Source of the DNA: Lama glama
Taxonomy: Eukaryota
Length of the DNA stretch: 64,000 bases
Reading direction: 5' to 3'
NCBI GenBank assembly: GCA_028534125.1
Contig: CM052816.1
Location: forward strand, 63,800,001-63,864,000
The first letter of the stretch is position 1, and each line of letters starts with the position of its first letter. Both the position numbers and the translations under genes were made by a program. Shown here in pieces: positions 25,628-37,040 of this stretch. The notes under the pieces are model-generated. The model ran no database searches. It had not been told where the DNA came from and saw only the letters and a list, made by a program, of their open reading frames with translations.

Positions 25628-26020
25628 TGTTACTGGCTGAATGTTTCTGTCTCATCTAAATTCATTTGTTAAAGCCCTAACCCACAATGTTACCATATCA
25701 GAAGGTAGGGCCTTTGGAGGTAGTTAGGTTTAGATGGGGTCATGAGGGTGGGGCCCCCATGATGGGATTGGTGCTCTTATGAGAAGAGGAAGAGACACTG
25801 GAGCACACTCTCTACATGTCATGCACCAAGGGAAGGCCATGTGAGCACACAGCAAGAAGGTGGTCCTCTCCAAGTCAGGAAGATGGTTCTCATCAGAACC
25901 CCACCATGCTGGCACTCTGATCTCAGACTTCAGCTTCCAGAACTGTGAAAAAATTAGCACCTCTATTTCAGCCACCCAGGCTAGGATATTTCATTATAGT
26001 AGCCTGAGCCAACAAAGACA
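25628..26020 (+). mobile_element. MaLR solo LTR (MLT1A-like)
   Basis: Reads tgttactggctgaatgttt...gagccaacaaagaca; TSD taagt/gaagt (4/5). Confidence 0.92.
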
Positions 26021-27439
26021 GAAGTCATGTAGCCTTTATTTTAGGATTTCTTTTTTTTTTTTCCTTTTTGGTAAGTTATCCCTGTAAGAAAGAACAAAAA
26101 GCTCATGAGATGAGAGAACAATAAGGGGGTCAGAAACCGACTCAGAATTTATCATTCATCCTTCTGTTCTTTATTTTGCTAAATAATTATCAAATCCTTA
26201 CTGTGTTCCAGGCACTGTGCAAGATTTTATTTATATGTAGATAATTTTTAAATTTGCATATTGTATTTATATTAATATTATTTACAAGTTATGTAAGGAT
26301 TCTCAAGTAATCCTTTCTCTTAAGGAGCTCTCAGTCTGGAAGGGGATATTATAATGTAGCAAATCTACCAGTAGGCAGTGCCCTGAGGGAATGAGAGCAA
26401 GGAGAGAAAGCCTCCAGGAATTTGGGGAAGAAGGTAGGAATATGGAGAGACCTTGTGGGAGAGATGCCAGTGGGACTGGATGCTGTGTGCAGAAGGTGGC
26501 AATTTGGCCTTATTGTCCTGAGAAATCACTCAATGTCAACCAAAGCAGTGGCCAACTCCCTCTCCTTTTTCTCCTCTGCTTCTCATACAGCTGTTTGCAC
26601 TCTTGCAAAATCTCCTTTGCTTTTCCCTTTAAAGCCTGTCTTTGCAGTTTCCTTGAACTGCATTTCATCTGGATGCAAATTCAAAAGGAGCATGAGGGTA
26701 ATCTGCTTTTAGGCAGTCCCAGGAGATGGTGTGCTAAAGGCCGGATAGAGCAGCATATCAAGTCAGTTTGATGAGATGTGTTAGTTCAGAGAAGTCAGAG
26801 CGCATCTGGTCCCAAAGCAGCATGGATGCAGAGGAGTAAGAAAATGGTCCAATCAAGTTTTGTCTTCAGATTCATCCAAGTTCCCTGGGTCAGAGTTACA
26901 GGCAGAGGAAGCCTGGAGGCAGGGGCTCTCTGCTATGCCCCTGGCCTTAAAAAGTCTGAGCCTTTTCAAGATAAAACATTGTACACATCTACTGTAATCT
27001 TTCCATTGTGAAGCTGCCTTTTATCCAGAAGCAAATTCGAACTTGCTTTCCATAAGATTTCATCTTCCTGTGGCCTCCTTTCCCCTCCTCACCACCTTTT
27101 CTCTTTCAGCTTTGAGCAAAGAGATGTGAAATAAAAGAATCAAAATATATGAAGAAGCATGTCATTGCCCCTTGACAGGAAAGAGGTAAACCTTTCTAAT
27201 GACACCCGCCATGGCTTTCCTTCCAGACAGGGTCTACCCAAGGTGTGGGAGTCCCTGGCCTCATCAGGGTCACATCAGAGAACACCCTCAGGATATTGTG
27301 TGGAGGGCCACCAAGGCTGGGCCAGAAGACTTCCCACCAAGCTGTGTGCTAGAGCTCTCTAGGCAGCCCTGGGCCCTGCCTTAGGGGAACAACCGGAGCC
27401 AGGTGCATGGTAGGAAAATCTTTTTTTTCTATGGAAAGA

Positions 27440-27590
27440 ATGACAGAATGTTACAGCTGGAAGGGACAAGAAAGGTCATCTGGTTCAACCACCTCATTTT
27501 GCATATTAAGGAAATTGAGGCCTATAAGGGTTAGGTGATTTGCTCAAACTCGTGGCATTCAGCTGTTGGTCCACCTAGGTTGAGAATCCA
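27440..27590 (-). mobile_element. MIR (MIR3/MIRc-like)
   Basis: 'agaatgttacagctggaagggac...ggtcatctggttcaacc...ctcattttgc...gaaattgaggcc'. Confidence 0.75.
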
Positions 27591-30439
27591 GAAAGGAGTG
27601 GAAAATAGTAGTCATTAATATTCTGGATCTCCCAGTAAAGTGCTCAAATGGTTAGCTCCAAAATGCTGACCACTTCCTTCTTCCCAGGGCCAGTGAAAAT
27701 AAGTGGTATCCAAACAAATTGATAGAAGTGCTTCACTGCTTCACTCAGTGTATCAAATAAGATGATAGCCTTGCTGGTATATTGTCAACTGGCAGCTCAG
27801 GCATCATGCATCCTTTGTATTATGGATTTGGTAGGAAGGCACTGGAGCATGGACTTGGGAACATTTGCTGCTGGCCCAGCCTAAGTAGGGTGGAGTTCTG
27901 ACATGGCTGAGTAGACTGTCCAGAGGGGCTACCTGCTGCTTGGATGTTAATCAGCAATGACTGGCCCTGGGCCTAGGGTTTTTATTATCTCACAATATAT
28001 GCTTATATATGTACAATACAGAGAGGAAATTATAGAGGGTAAATATACAGAGTTTATAAGAATTATGTATGAGAGATGCTATTTTATGTATTTTAATTTC
28101 TGAGAGAGAATGTACACTTAAATTAACCTAAATTAAGTACATATATGATACTACTTGACTGCAATATCACATTTTTTAAGAAAGTTGGAGCAAAGATTAG
28201 AGTCAGTGTGTGTGGGACCTCCTGCCACTAATACAGCAGTCGTAGTGCGGGACCTGGCATGTGCCTTCAGCAAATAGGGGTTGTCTGTATTTCATCTTCC
28301 TATGACAACTGAGGTTCAACCAAGAGGGTGGGCCCTTGAACTCTGAAGAATCTGTGTGTACGTGGCAGGACTCCAGCTCTGGAATATTGACGGGAAGAAG
28401 ATGACATCCTGGTTTTCTGTCAAGGGAGGGTTCGGTGTTGGTTCTGTCTTAGAGGGGATCAGGGGCAAGGATGAAGAAACGTCAAAACTAAGGAGATGGC
28501 CCGAGGCTGGAAGCCTGTTCCTGGGACTGGGCCACTGTGGGATGGAAGGTATGGCGGAAGATGAGGAACCAGGAATCTGGAGAAAGTCAGAACACGCAGA
28601 GATTCTTGGGAACATTATCTTGGGTCATTCTGCAAGAGAGCCTCCACCCATGAGAGGCAATAGTGGAGGCCAGCAGCCAAGCTGGGCCTAGGTCTCAGGC
28701 CTGGGAGGAGAGAGCTTTGATTCCCAGCAATCTGGAAGAAGCAAGGTACAGGGAGAGTTGTGGAGGGACCGAGGCCTCAGGATCTGGAAGCACGTTATCT
28801 CTGCAGCTCTCTATAGATAGGCCCCTGTTAGCAGCATTGTTTCTGGAAGGAGATGGAGCAGTGGGCTTCTCAGTATGTCTGAAACCCAGGAGAAAGAATG
28901 ATCCAAAGGAATCCAGTGCTGGAAGGATGAGCAGGGGTGGTTCATCTAAGAGGACACATTAGAGACAGATGATGTCTATGCTCTAAGATAAGAAAGACAG
29001 GGCTGGTGTTGAGTTGTATACTCAGATACAACCTTATTCAGACCCAACTGAATCCAGTGGAGGAACAATCCACTTTTTTTTTTTTCCAAAGGTAGCAAAT
29101 TTTGCTGTATTTAGAATAATCATCCTAGGTAAGTGAAGAGTTGATAAATGAGGTCAATCTGCATACTGCCTGGTAAGAACAGAGCAGTGTATAATTACAG
29201 GATTGCCCTGGGGGCTGTTGCTTTACTCTGCTGAATGGAAAAGGCAATGCTTTGTGAAACGGCAGGCCAGAGCCCTCAGCGGTGAAGCAAAAGGAGGAAT
29301 TTCATCTCATCCACTGCTCCTTTTCTTTGTCGCTGGGGCTGTGTGAGAAACTCCCTAAAGAGAAACACAGTATTCTTGACTCTAACTGAATGAATCCAGT
29401 CATTCCCTTTTGAGATGCCACAGGATTTTCTTTTTATATGTGTACACATGCAAAATTACTATGAAAAGGCTACTGATCCAGACCTGTTTAAAAGATGCAA
29501 AGTAAGATTAGTCAAAATCCACTGAAAAGATAGAAATCACAATAGGAGGGAGAGTGAATGTAAGTGGAACTGAGAGAAACAAAAATCCCAAAGAAAGACG
29601 AAAGCCGCCAGGGGGGAAAATGTTATCTGTCATGCTCCATCTTTAGTTGTTCATTTACTCCTTGTACTCAGTTCTTCTATGAAATAGATTATTTCCTCAG
29701 TTTCTACTGTTTCTGTCTTTCATTACTCATTAGGCTTTTGGTTATTAGATTTCTCTTTTGAAACTGTCCTGCCAATGGAAGAATGTTGTCTGCCCTGGGA
29801 TACACCCTTATTTCAGACTGAAAGCCAAGACTAAGGGCTTCAAACAAAATCTTTTGGGACAAACATGAGATTAGAGGTATAAAAAAATTTAGGGAACAAA
29901 GGCTCTATTATTTTATTCTGGAAGGGTCTTCAGCACAACACCCAATCCTTCCCACGCACCTGCCCCTCCCATTTTAATGTGCACCTGCTCGTGGTTCAGG
30001 AAAGCAATTGCTTGGTGACACTCTGGGAGTCATTTAGAAGGGCCCACATCAACCCTAGAAAACATTGCTCTTAAAATTATATCATGCCAAATAAGACTCA
30101 CCATGGGGCCATTTCTGCTTGCAGTTTTCTTTAGATACAACACGGTTGACACTTTACTGTCTCTCTAAATGTATTCTTCTCTTTCTCTAGTAATAGATTC
30201 CCCTAAGTTTTAGCAGGACACATTGTTATCCAAAAGACTACATATGACTGGTTATTTAACTTCCATATGTGGCCATGTGCCTAAATTTTAATCATTGAAG
30301 GTAAGCAGATATCTTATATCTTACTTTTATGGCTGAAGTGCAGATGAGAAGGCAGGAGCTGGGGCAGCCAATTTGGACCAAGAGAAGAACCATTAGATGA
30401 GATTTGCTCAGAGTCAGAGAAAGGAGGATGGAAAACTGT

Positions 30440-30650
30440 GGTGAAGTGCTGGGTCAGGAGTCAGAACACCTGGAAGGTTCTAGTCACCTTGCTCACTAGC
30501 AAGTCACATGACTCTGAGAAAATCATGTAATTTATCAAGCTTTTTAATCTCCTCACATGCTGAATGATAGCAATAAATGCTTTATCTCTCAGAGTTGCTG
30601 TGGGGACTCAGTGATATTCATGGAGGAACAATTTGTAAAGCATGAGTTAT
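30440..30650 (+). mobile_element. MIR SINE
   Basis: 'ggagtcagaacacctgg...ctcactagc...ctcctcacatgctgaatg...agagttgctgtgggga'. Confidence 0.65.
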
Positions 30651-31419
30651 TTTAAACTGTAATAGGTTATGGCTGATACATTTATTGGCAAAATAAATTT
30701 TAGCCTATTGAATAAAAGCAGATACTCTGATGAACATCTTATATGAGAAGCATCTAAGTTTGCAGTCTTTTAGGGACCTGCCTGTTCAAGAATAATAGTA
30801 TCAGCAGAAGAAATTACTTGTTTCCAAGGCCTTATTAACTTGTCCAAATTATTAGTGGTTTCTGGTGACCCTATATTTTCCCCTATACTTTTCTGCTGTC
30901 ATCAGCAAGAGATGGATTTCCTATTCTGACAAATTAGAGAAAGAAAATTATTCTGCCAGGAATCAGACAGGTGTATAACAACTGTACCAATATGTGACAA
31001 GTTGATGGTCATGGTGGATGTCTGTGCACCTGTATTTGTGAAGTTGAAATTGGAGACCCCTGATATTGTAAAGCTTGATGGCAGCAGTCGGTGATTCTGT
31101 TCACTGAACGTGGTCTATGTCAGAATTACCCAGAACATCCTTCACACACCCAGCAAGCTGCTCACACTACTGATGCTTAAAGAGGCTTCTGCTGAATATG
31201 ACATCCGAAGGCTGAACATGTTACCTGACCTTCTGCATACTTCCAAATGCAAAATTGAGCATCACTCAATTTTGACCCATTATTTTTATCAGTACCACTG
31301 TAGTGTTACAAGGTAGCTTTTGAGTCATTCTTTAAGATACCATATAAGATTTTTGGAGCAAGAAGACATTGGGAAAGATTTTACATAGCATCTAACAAGC
31401 CCAGGGAAGTCCCCTTAAA

Positions 31420-32060
31420 ATGGGCAATACCAATGGCAAATATAAAATCATTAGTGAGGTCTTGTTATATCATACCTGTCACTTATCTTGTTCCCAAAGG
31501 ATTGAATATATCAAATGGCATGTATATGGTTTTTTCCACAAAGTAATCCTCTTGAGAGTTGTATCAAGATACACAAACCAAAGGATAAGACCTGGCAAAA
31601 AACATTTGCCAGAGGATAAGAGAGAGGAGAAACCAAAATAATATGGTTGTCATACACACAGCCATGGTCTCAAAACTAAGCATAGACGTGTAGAATCTCA
31701 GGCTATAATATGGATGATGTTTTCCTAAAATTTGGCACAGAAACAAGATTGCTCAAATACCTCATTACTCTAGTTGGATATACGCTGAAAGTATCATTCT
31801 GCTAAAAGCAGAGCATCTGGTAAATTGTTGACTTGTTGACAATTTCATAGTTTAGAAGTTAGAGGAAGCAATGACGAAATTTTCCACTTGATTCCCAATT
31901 CTGAACAACAAAGAAGAACTGGCTAGTGATGCGAAAATTATAGGAATTTTGGTGGAAACTGACACTGCCGTCTTGAAATTGGTAATAGCAAAGGAAGATT
32001 CAGTGGTCAGGCATATAGTCTAAAGTATATCAAAGCAAGTTTGTGTAAATTCAGAGAAAC
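31420..32060 (+). mobile_element. L3/CR1 LINE remnant, ORF2 AP-endonuclease region
   Basis: Translations 'MGNTNGKYKII', 'QRIRERRNQNNMVV', 'MDDVFLK', 'KYHSAKSRASGKLLTC/DNFI.*KLEEA' and 'ILNNKEELASDAKIIGILVETDTAVLKLVIAK' are collinear with the CR1 endonuclease motifs (SMGNK...DNF..Q.VEE.TR...LILTNKEELV...GESDH). Confidence 0.85.
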
Positions 32061-32084
32061 AAAATACATTACAGAGTAGTGGGT

Positions 32085-32700
32085 GTGTTTGGGGGTGTCC
32101 ACCTCAACAGTGGTCCATTTTTCTAGGAACTTTGCCTATCAATGATCCTATCAATGACTGTACCCATCAATGGCTTGAGACCAAGAGATCAGTCTGGGAC
32201 GCCATGTTTTCAGCCCCGTAACCTGGAGCAGGGATGATCTCTGACCCCAAGCCAGCTAATTCATGGAATGGCTAACTGTAAGCTTTTAGTTGGTATACTC
32301 TAGAATTAAAAGGTCATGGAGAATCAGAGGTGGATTCTGTAACATAGTGAGCTTAAGTCAACCCTTGCTGAAGTTACAGGGGAACTGAGACTGAGAGTAA
32401 GCCAGGAAAGTTCATTTGCAAAGAGAAGAAGGGAACAGATGGCAGATGGCAGTGAGGTATAGAAATGTGGGAGAGAGAAAGAGAGAAGCTAGAATGCAAG
32501 ATTCTATAAGAATAGAATCTTTGTATGTTTGATTTACTGATGTAGATTCCAATAAATAAATATGTATTGAATGGGAAGGAGGGCGAGAGAGAGATAATTG
32601 GACCTTCGTTCCTGACTCTCACGTTCCAAGTTTCAGGCTCTATGAGGCCGAGCTGGGCTTTGCCTTATGCCTTTGATGTATCTAGTTGTGTCCAAAGAGT
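32085..32700. mobile_element. Old LTR-like fragment(s), ERVL/MaLR class
   Basis: 'ctggagcagggatgatctctgaccccaagccagctaat...' and 'ccaagtttcaggctctatgaggcc' resemble LTR16/MLT1-type sequence; subfamily unresolved. Confidence 0.4.
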
Positions 32701-35659
32701 GTAGAAGAGAATACATGGTCTAGGTTGTCCCTTTAAGGCCCTCCCCTCATTCTCAGCTAATCAAAATCATTCTGTCCCATGGCTGATACTTCAAGAAGCT
32801 TTTTTCCAATAGGAATCATCTGCAATTTGCTAAGTAAGACGTTCTTGGCAGCCAGTAGCCTAATCATGGTTCCTTTAAATAATTTTCCCCATGTCTCTTC
32901 CCAGTTGAGGTTCTGCTCCTCAGAAAGCATTTATATAATATTATTGCTCAAAGTCTTTGATCAGAAACTACGTGTTTACTGAACTTGTTTTTTAAGCCTT
33001 TCTCCACCTGAGATGGAATAATACAGAAAACCACAATTTCCCCACTACAAGACTTCAAAGTCCCAATGAGTCAATCTGACTATGTTAGCAACACCAGAGC
33101 TGGGCAACCCAGAATCCTGGATTCCAGAGCACAAACTGGAGTATTACCATTCCATTTATCACTGAAGATTCTATATCCTCCCTTGGAATGTAGCAAGAGG
33201 GGAAGCAAATGTAATCACACCAATTTTCAGTCTTTTCACCAAACTCTTAGATTGTGTTACTCGGTGATATCAAGTTTGGGGGTATTTCTTTACTGTGAAA
33301 ATGTGAAGGTAATTGACCCTTTTCCTATTATGTCTTCTTACAATACGCCAGAAACTTGTACTCATTGAGAAAATGCAAACGGAAGTGGGCCTCAATTCCA
33401 CATCTGTAAAATGGGGATATTGGCTAGAATTCCTTTACTTCTGATTCTTTTATATGTGTATTGAAACCAAATAAGATTAAATAGCAAATGGAAAATGGAG
33501 GGTTTAGCTCCAGTGGGTATAGTCTACCCAGATGTATCATGATTGGAATCAGATGGATTGAATTTATTTGGGAAGAAAGTGGTCTGCTGATCAGAGCAGC
33601 TGATGTTTTCTTCATGGGCTTATTTTAAAAAGCTGAAGGAGTGACAAACTGAAATGTCTAAATCTGGTCTGACAGGTTCAGATATTTTTGAAACTGAACT
33701 ATATTATGAGTCTCCATCAAGCTACACTGCAAAAGCCAATGGGAAAAGAATCAGCCTATTTGTAGTGACCTGTAATTCCCATTCAGGTTCTTGTTTCCCC
33801 AGTGAGAACTCTTCAGAGCCAAGCTGGTAGGGGTGTATAAAGGAGTTTTCAGCTCTTTTGGTTGGTCCAACTTCGTGCTTTGTTGCAAGTATCACATGGC
33901 TACTATCTAAAAAGGAATCTATATCTTTATGGAAATACACAGCTGCTGCTGTCACCATATGATCTATTTTCCTTTCAAAATCCCTGACATTAGAAGAGGC
34001 AATATCATCTCGACCTCTCAGTTGCTCGAACAGAAGAGAATCAAGTCTGTCTTCTCTGTCCTTTTTCTCTTCCTCCTTCCTTCCTCTTTACCTACTTGTC
34101 ATCAGCTTATATGGCCCAGAACTCCTTGTAAGAGTCCTTGAAAGAGAAATCCCATCAGGCATTTTAAGGGATTTTAAGGGAAAATTCAGGCAAGCAGGGA
34201 ACAAAAAGATTGACTGTTTACCAAGTGGAAGTAAAATGCAGTAGGTTGCCATACTCTGGCCGGCCAAGGCTTCTTAAGGTTTGGAAGCCTAGGGACTAAA
34301 CACAAAGATCTGGGTGTGTTTGGTAGGTTTCTCTTGACGTTGGGATATGTTCACTAGTTGGAAAATCCTATAGGCAACCCCCACTTCTATTCAGTATACT
34401 ATAGACATGAACTTGACATCCAAACCTTGGCACCAACTCTCCAAACCAGCTCACTTTAAATGCGTGCACCACCCCTTATCAAGTCCCCAAAGCTCTGGGT
34501 ACCAAAGGAGCCAATGCCAAGACCAGGGTAGTCAGCTTGGATCCAAACCCTAAGAGACAATTGGAACCCTGCACACTTGTGACCGACATAATGAGCCACT
34601 GGATGGCACTGTGGGTCCATGCAAATGGGTATGAAAGGACATTTGTCTTTCTTTTAAAAAGGCTGTTTAGCCTTGACAGGTAATTTGGCACATTTTGAGC
34701 TGAAATGTGCCAAATGATTTGGCAAATATTTCACTTACTTCTGAAAATAGGCACACCTGCTGTTCTAGTCTGCAGGGAAGGGAGGAGGGTAGCTTTCCCA
34801 CATTCCCATATTGTTGCTAATTTCAGAATCTGAAATAAGATTTTGGTCAAGGATACATGGGCCAACCTCATTTTAAGTGTGGTACCATGTTTTAAAGGAA
34901 TAGAAAAAGTTAGTGTTTCTTATAGAACCAATTTCTTTAGTCTAAAGGGAGCATCCTTTCATTTCACCAGTGTTGTTCATCCTGGTCACTGGCTCATCTG
35001 GCTCATGACCAGATGAAATGGGATTTGGTTGAAGAGCTATGTCCACTACTGGTCCTCCAACCAATAGCATCTAGAAAAATTTGTTTCCAAACTTTCCTAT
35101 TCTAAAGAATTCTCTGCCCAATATTTAGTGTATTTAATAGCCATAAAAAAAAAAGCTAAGCTATGTGAGAACATCTCATAAAGAACTTTTGAGCTGCCTC
35201 TTGGCCATCTTAAAATCACTGCTTTGCAGAACATTGTGGTGACATTCACAGTAGACATTCCCACTTCCACTGGAGAACACAGATAACACAGGTGAAGCAT
35301 CACTAAGACAAGCTGAATGTTAAGCCGAGTTCCGGGGGCACTAACTTTAACTCTATCTCTCATTTATTTGCCAGCTACTCAAGAGAGCATATGAGGATGC
35401 AACTGAGTAAAAAAGGTGTTATTAATGGTATAACCTTGAATCGATCCAATTTTTAAATGGTGAAATATCTGCAAACCTAATTATCATAGCTAACATATCT
35501 GAAGAACACATAACACTGGGTTGGGAATAGGTGAGTTAGAGAGGAGAGATTCACAATTCTCCTTTTTGAGTATTGTCTTGTTATCATTTATTGACTAATA
35601 AAAGGCGTATCTCATTGTGTCAAATTCACTCCTGTTGGAAATACATCAAAGGACTATGG

Positions 35660-35790
35660 TATTGTAGAAGGACTCTGTTTTTGAGTTCACAGACTTGGCT
35701 CTAGTCCCAGGTCTACCAACTCCAGCTGTGTGACATTAGGTGAATCATTAACCCTCTAACCTGTTTCTCTACCTGAGCATGAGGAAGAAG
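35660..35790 (+). mobile_element. MIR fragment
   Basis: 'gagttcacagacttggctctagtcccagg...cagctgtgtgacattaggtgaatcattaacc'. Confidence 0.7.
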
Positions 35791-36164
35791 GCAAGGTAGA
35801 TGAGCTGCTATGGCTACAATACAGTGAAATCTTATTTAGCTTAGGCAGCGCCAACAAATATAATAAAATTTCGGTCTATGAAAGATGGATTTGTGGCAAT
35901 AGTGAAACAGGAAGGTGTATAAAATTTAAACTACTTGCCTATTTTCTTGAACACAAATAAATATCAATTTAGCAAGGCAAAAAAACTCTTGTAGTAATAA
36001 GTCACTTTATGGAAAAGAATGAATATCTGTTTAATAATCTGTGTTTGCTTTTTGCACTCATCTTAAGAGCTTCAGTGAAAATAGTTCATAAATTGTTGTT
36101 TTGATCAAAAATTCCCATTTTTCACTCATTCTTCTGTATCATGGTGCTATGGTTTATTTCCAGG

Positions 36165-36345
36165 CCTGGCTGGATGAACAACATCATGGAGGTTGTGGAT
36201 GACCTTGACAAGAGAGGTTTCTGTGGATGGATGGGGCAGAAGTCCAGTTTGAGTAGGCTGGGGAAGAATGGGAGACAAGGAAGGGTGGCATCAAGTGTAG
36301 ACACTCATGTGAGGAGTTTGCAGAGAAAGGGCTTGTAGCTGGTGC
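36165..36345 (-). mobile_element. L2 fragment
   Basis: 'atggaggttgtggatgaccttgacaagagaggtttc...ggggcagaagtccag...gtgtagacactc'. Confidence 0.7.
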
Positions 36346-36366
36346 ATGGAATCCAGGGAGGGGTTC

Positions 36367-36373
<7 letters not shown>

Positions 36374-36400
<27 letters not shown>
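36374..36400. repeat. (TC)n microsatellite
   Basis: Direct read. Confidence 0.95.
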
Positions 36401-36764
36401 GGAGTTAGGAGGGCAGAAATTCTAAGATTCATCACATACAGGAAGAATTCATAGGTACGCTTATTCACAAACATACCTGGAACTCACACCAAAAGCTTGA
36501 GATCTGGTTGTAGATCTTGAATTCGTACCGAATCAAGATCAAAGCTGTCTGCTGCTGTTCCACCCCTGAAGTAGAGTTTTCAGGGTTTTCAGTGAGCTGA
36601 TGGAAAAGGGCTCGGGAGCACTCCTTTTTCCTGCTAAGTTAACAGGGCTTTATTTAACAGAACATTTCAGAAGTGGGTGATAGCAACATCCAATCTCCTC
36701 ATTAAATTGATTGAGGAATCTGAGGCTCAGATAAATTAGATCTTGAGATTTGCTCTCAGAGAGA

Positions 36765-37040
36765 TGTTCGCTAAGAATTAAGAAAATAGCTTTGGGGCCA
36801 GGAATCCTAGGTTTGAGTCCCAGCTCGGCCACCACTTACTGGCTATGTGACCTTGAACAAGTCACCCTCAGTTTCCTCCTCAGTTACATGAGAGGATTGT
36901 GTGCTATTTCACAAATAAGCATCCTAAGGGAACCTTTCCTTATAGGGTTGTTGTGCAAATAAACTGAGAGAAGACAAGTAAAGTGCTTAGTACGATACCG
37001 ATATTGAGTATGCGGTCACAGTAAACATTAATATTACTCT
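36765..37040 (+). mobile_element. MIR SINE
   Basis: 'ggtttgagtcccagctcggccaccacttactggctatgtgaccttgaacaagtcac...gtaaagtgcttag'. Confidence 0.88.
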
